Assembly: GCA_963771355.1 (NCBI GenBank)
Contig: CAVYTA010000001.1
Coordinates: 32,001-96,000 of the forward strand
Origin: an uncultured Candidatus Rokubacteria bacterium
GTDB lineage: Bacteria; Methylomirabilota; Methylomirabilia; Rokubacteriales; CSP1-6
DNA: 64,000 bases
Direction: 5' to 3'
Below, piece by piece: positions 60,527 to 64,000 of this stretch. The notes beneath the pieces are model-generated. The model was not told the DNA's origin. It saw nothing but the letters and a program-made list of their open reading frames with translations, and did no database searches. Every line of letters starts with the position of its first letter. Position 1 is the stretch's first letter. A program made the position numbers and the translations under genes.

Positions 60527-61348
60527 CTACTCCAAGAATCCGTTCAGCTCCGGCGTGGGCACCGACGTGTCCACGTACACGAAGGTCCCCCTGTCCTTCA
60601 CCTCGCGCGCGGCGGCGAGGAGTCCCGTCATCGCCGCGCGGTAGAGTGAGGTGGCGAGGCTGATCCGCTTCACGCCCGCCGCCGTCAGCTCGGCCACCGT
60701 GAACGACTTGCCCTTGATGCCCACCATGAAGTTGAACGGCTTCTTCAGCGCCGCGCACACTGCCTTCACCGAGGCCAGATCGGGCAGCCCCGGCGCGAAG
60801 AGCACGTCGGCCCCCGCCTGCTCGAAGGCCTGGAGCCGCGCGATGGTGTCGGCCAGGTCCGGATTGCCGCGCAGGAAATTCTCCGACCGCGCGGTGAGGG
60901 TGAACGGGAAGGGCAGCGCGCGTGCCGCCTTCACCGAAGCCGCCACGCGCTCGGCGGCGGTGGCGAGATCGTAGAGCGGCCTATCCTTGTCGCCGGTGGC
61001 GTCCTCGATGGAGCCGCCGATGAGGCCCACCTCCGCGGCGCGGCGGATGGTCTCGGCCGCGTCCGACGGCTTGTCGCCGAAGCCTTTTTCCAGATCCGCC
61101 GCCACCGGGAGGTCGGTGGCCAGCACGATGGCGCGGGCATGGGCCAGCGCCTCGTCGCGCGACACCTTGCCGTCGCGGCGACCGAGCGTGCCGGCCTGCG
61201 CCCCGCTCGAGGTGGCCAGGGCCTGGAAGCCGAGGCCGGCGAGGATGCGCGCGGAGGCGCCGTCCCAGGGATTGGGAATCACGAAGGAGCCGGGCGCCTC
61301 GTGCAGCGCGCGGAAACGAATGGCCTTGTCCTGCTGGCTGGTGGGCAT
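60527..61348 (-). CDS. Isocitrate lyase/PEP mutase family protein
   Basis: PNPWDGASARIL, ATSS, ADLEKGFG, SIED, AGADVLFAPG. Confidence 0.9.
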   Translation of the reverse strand: MPTSQQDKAIRFRALHEAPGSFVIPNPWDGASARILAGLGFQALATSSGAQAGTLGRRDGKVSRDEALAHARAIVLATDLPVAADLEKGFGDKPSDAAETIRRAAEVGLIGGSIEDATGDKDRPLYDLATAAERVAASVKAARALPFPFTLTARSENFLRGNPDLADTIARLQAFEQAGADVLFAPGLPDLASVKAVCAALKKPFNFMVGIKGKSFTVAELTAAGVKRISLATSLYRAAMTGLLAAAREVKDRGTFVYVDTSVPTPELNGFLE

Positions 61349-62410
61349 CAGGCGTTCCTGTAGGCGGCCAGCACCGCCTGCGCCATCGCGCGGGTGGTGG
61401 CGGTGCCGCCCTGGTCGGGAGTGAGGGTCTTGCCGTCGCGGTAGACGCGGCCCACCGCGGCCTCGAGGCGCTGGGCATCGGCGCCCAGGCCCATGTGCTC
61501 GAGCATGAGCGCGGCGGAGAGAATGGTCGCGGTGGGATTGGCGATGCCGCGTCCCGCGATGTCGGGAGCGGAGCCATGGACCGACTCGAAATACGCCCAG
61601 CCGTCGTCGCCGAAGTTGCCCGAGGGCGCCAGCCCGAGCCCGCCGGCGGTCTCCGCGCCCAGGTCCGAGAGGATGTCGCCGTAGAGGTTCATGCAGAGGA
61701 CCACGTCCATGGACTTCGGGAAAGCGCACCAGGCGCCGCGCGGCGTCGTCCACGTGGAAGTGCTCGAACTCGATCCCGCTCGCCGCGCGCACCACGCGCT
61801 CGGCGATCTCCTGGAAGAGCCCGTCGGTCTGGCGCATCACGTTCGACTTGGTGACGCAGGTCACCTTGCCGGGCTTGCCCCGCGCCTTGCGCTTCTTGGC
61901 GAGATCGGCGGCGAAGCGGGCGATGCGCTCGGCGCCGCGCGGCGTGACCACCTTCACCGCGAAGCGGCCCTCGGTGCCGTACTCCTTCAGGGTCCGCCCG
62001 GTGCGGTCGCTGAGGTCGGGCATGAGCCGGACGAGATCGGCCAGCTGGCCCTCGCGCCCCGGATAGATCCCTTCGCTGTTCTCGCGGAGGAGCACATAGT
62101 CGATGCCCTCGGGATCGGCCAGCGGCGAGCGCATCCCCGGGTAGAACCGGATCGGCCGGATGCCGGCCCACGCGCTCATCTCCCAGCGAAGCCAGGACAC
62201 CACCTGCGAGGTGGCCGGACCGGCGGCGCCGAAGAGTACGCCATCCGCCTCGCGCGCGGCCCGCTTGGTTTCCTCCGGCAGCGGCGCGCCCTGTGGCGGC
62301 GTGAGAATCTTGAGCGGCAGGCCCGTGCCCATCAGGAGCTCGCAGGTGGCGTCCACCACCTCGATCCCGATGCCCTCGCCGGGCAGCGCGACGATCGTCT
62401 TCATGGCCAT
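61348..62410 (-). CDS. Isocitrate/isopropylmalate dehydrogenase family protein (+1 frameshift at about 61717)
   Basis: [17 protein letters not shown] and KSNVM, then NLYGDILSD and [12 protein letters not shown]. Confidence 0.88.
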
Positions 62411-62444
62411 CAGGGATTCCTCCTTTGGAGGGCCTACGATAGCA

Positions 62445-63923
62445 CTAGAGTGGTTGCTGCGACTGGGCCAGGCAGAAGGCGTTGAGATAGGGCTCGAGCG
62501 CGCGGGACAGCTCGCGCCGCCCGTGGGTCGCGGTGGCGAGCCGCTCCACCGCCTCGGCGACGCGGTCGCGGAGCCGTGCTTCATCCACCGAAACCATCCG
62601 ACCGCCCTGAAGGACCCAGCGTCCCGCGATCATCACCCCATCGATGGCCAGCCCGCTCTCGCCATTCACGACCTGGAGCGTCACGTCGCGCAACGGCACG
62701 TAGCTCACGTGCCGGAGATCGAGAAAGACCAGATCGGCCTGGTACCCCTCGGCGACGCGGCCGAGCTGGGGAAAGCCGAGCAGAGCGGCGCCGCCGGCGG
62801 TGGCCATCAGGAGGACGTCATCGACCGAGAGCCACTCACGCGGATCACCGGTACGGACGCGGGAGAGATAGGCGGCGAGACGGAGGGCCTCGAACACGCT
62901 TTGAGAATCCGAGGTGTTGGCGCCGTCGGTGCCGATCGCCATCCGGACGCCGGCGGCGTGGAGCGCGTGAGCGGGCGCGATGCCCGAGCCGAGGCGAAGA
63001 TTGCTCAGGGGATTGTGGGCCACCGCCGCTCCGCGGTCGGCCAGGCGACGGATGTCGTCGGCGTCGATCCAGATCGCATGCGCCGCGCTGAACGCCGGCC
63101 CGAGCAAGCCGAGTGACTCGAGGTGGGCGGTGAGGCTCCGGCCGTAGCGCGCTCGGCCCGCGAGCGCCTGCACCTTCGACTCCGCGAGGTGGGTCTGGAG
63201 CGGCGCATGCCACTCCCGCGCCAGATCCCGGCAGCCGGTGAGCAGCTCGTCCGTGCAGTGGAGCGGGATGGTAGGTCCGAGGCCGGGAAGGAGCCGGGAG
63301 CGATCGAAGGGCCAGCGCTGGAGAATCTCGCGGCAGGCGGCGAGGCTGGTCTCGGTGGGCGCGGCCTGGATGCGGCGGAGCCGCTCGCGCTCCGCTTCCG
63401 GAAACGCGTCCAGCAGGCCGGGGATGGCCGCATAGAGCGTGCGATCGCTGATCATCGGGGCCACCACCGCGCGGAGCCCGACTTCGCGATAGCCCTCCGC
63501 CACCGCGAACACCCCCTCGACGCTCGGGACGGGAAACTCGACGAAGAGGTCATAGCAGGCGGTGGAGCCCTTGCGCACCATCTCCACCGCCGAGAGCATC
63601 GCGCAGAGCCGCTTGTCCTCGAGCGTCCGCTCGGCGGTGATGGTGGGGTTCGCGTTGAGCAAGAGCTCCAGCGACCAGCGATCGCCCGCGAGGCCCTTGC
63701 CGAGGGCGCCGTGGGCATGCGTGTGGGCGTTGACGAGCCCGGGCAGGAGCAGGCGATCCCGCGCGTCGATGACCTCGGCCTCGGGCGGCGCGGCGAGCCC
63801 GGGCGGGCCGACCGCGCGAATGGTGTCGCCCTCGAGCAGGACGTCAGCGGGCTCCCCGCGATGAGCGGGCAGGCTCAGGATGCGGCCGCCACGGATGACC
63901 TGGAACCGGCGCGGGGCGGACAT
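62445..63923 (-). CDS. Amidohydrolase (deaminase/chlorohydrolase-like)
   Basis: PGLVNAHTH, QTHLAES, AAHAIW, HNPLSNLRLGSG, GTDG. Confidence 0.88.
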   Translation of the reverse strand: MSAPRRFQVIRGGRILSLPAHRGEPADVLLEGDTIRAVGPPGLAAPPEAEVIDARDRLLLPGLVNAHTHAHGALGKGLAGDRWSLELLLNANPTITAERTLEDKRLCAMLSAVEMVRKGSTACYDLFVEFPVPSVEGVFAVAEGYREVGLRAVVAPMISDRTLYAAIPGLLDAFPEAERERLRRIQAAPTETSLAACREILQRWPFDRSRLLPGLGPTIPLHCTDELLTGCRDLAREWHAPLQTHLAESKVQALAGRARYGRSLTAHLESLGLLGPAFSAAHAIWIDADDIRRLADRGAAVAHNPLSNLRLGSGIAPAHALHAAGVRMAIGTDGANTSDSQSVFEALRLAAYLSRVRTGDPREWLSVDDVLLMATAGGAALLGFPQLGRVAEGYQADLVFLDLRHVSYVPLRDVTLQVVNGESGLAIDGVMIAGRWVLQGGRMVSVDEARLRDRVAEAVERLATATHGRRELSRALEPYLNAFCLAQSQQPL

Positions 63924-64000
63924 GACGGCTACGGCGTCGGGGTGAAGGCGCGACAATCCTCGGCCGGCCAGGCGACGGGGATGGTGTCGGCACGCTTGAA

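Noticed and set aside
60527..62584. Apparent 685-aa dehydrogenase-ICL/PEPM fusion
   Set aside because: Artefact of the frameshift at about 61717. The dehydrogenase C-terminus is in another frame and stops at 61348.

Overview
A very GC-rich, gene-dense bacterial window with about 56 CDS. I saw no rRNA, tRNA, CRISPR array or transposase. The organism is a diderm (it encodes an outer-membrane barrel). The gene content is what I associate with Ca. Rokubacteria/Methylomirabilota, but that is inference only. Most of the window is catabolic or housekeeping: two Mo-hydroxylase pairs, hydantoinase/oxoprolinase A+B, soxCD, TRAP and ABC transporters, a LigB-like dioxygenase plus Rieske oxygenase operon, acyl-CoA ligases, LLM oxidoreductases, pgm, a cold-shock gene, an acyl-CoA mutase, a membrane-anchored otsA, pssA, a TfdA/TauD dioxygenase and ilvE. 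About 18 single-base insertions split 11 genes, most likely long-read errors, so several fusions in the ORF track are artefacts. The most striking element is a three-gene minus-strand module at 53.9-57.7 kb. It comprises a sensor-less sigma54 activator, a near-consensus -24/-12 promoter with candidate enhancer sites, and an almost uncharged 149-aa Q/G/P/F-rich FG-repeat protein (hidden in the ORF track by a frameshift). A 14-bp intercistronic hairpin and a cytoplasmic subtilase follow. Other highlights are a 127-bp palindromic element translated inside a cyclase, a ClpP lacking its catalytic triad, an orphan HicA, an acyl-CoA mutase with a remodelled channel, a terminator in the csp leader, and repeated signs of leaderless genes.
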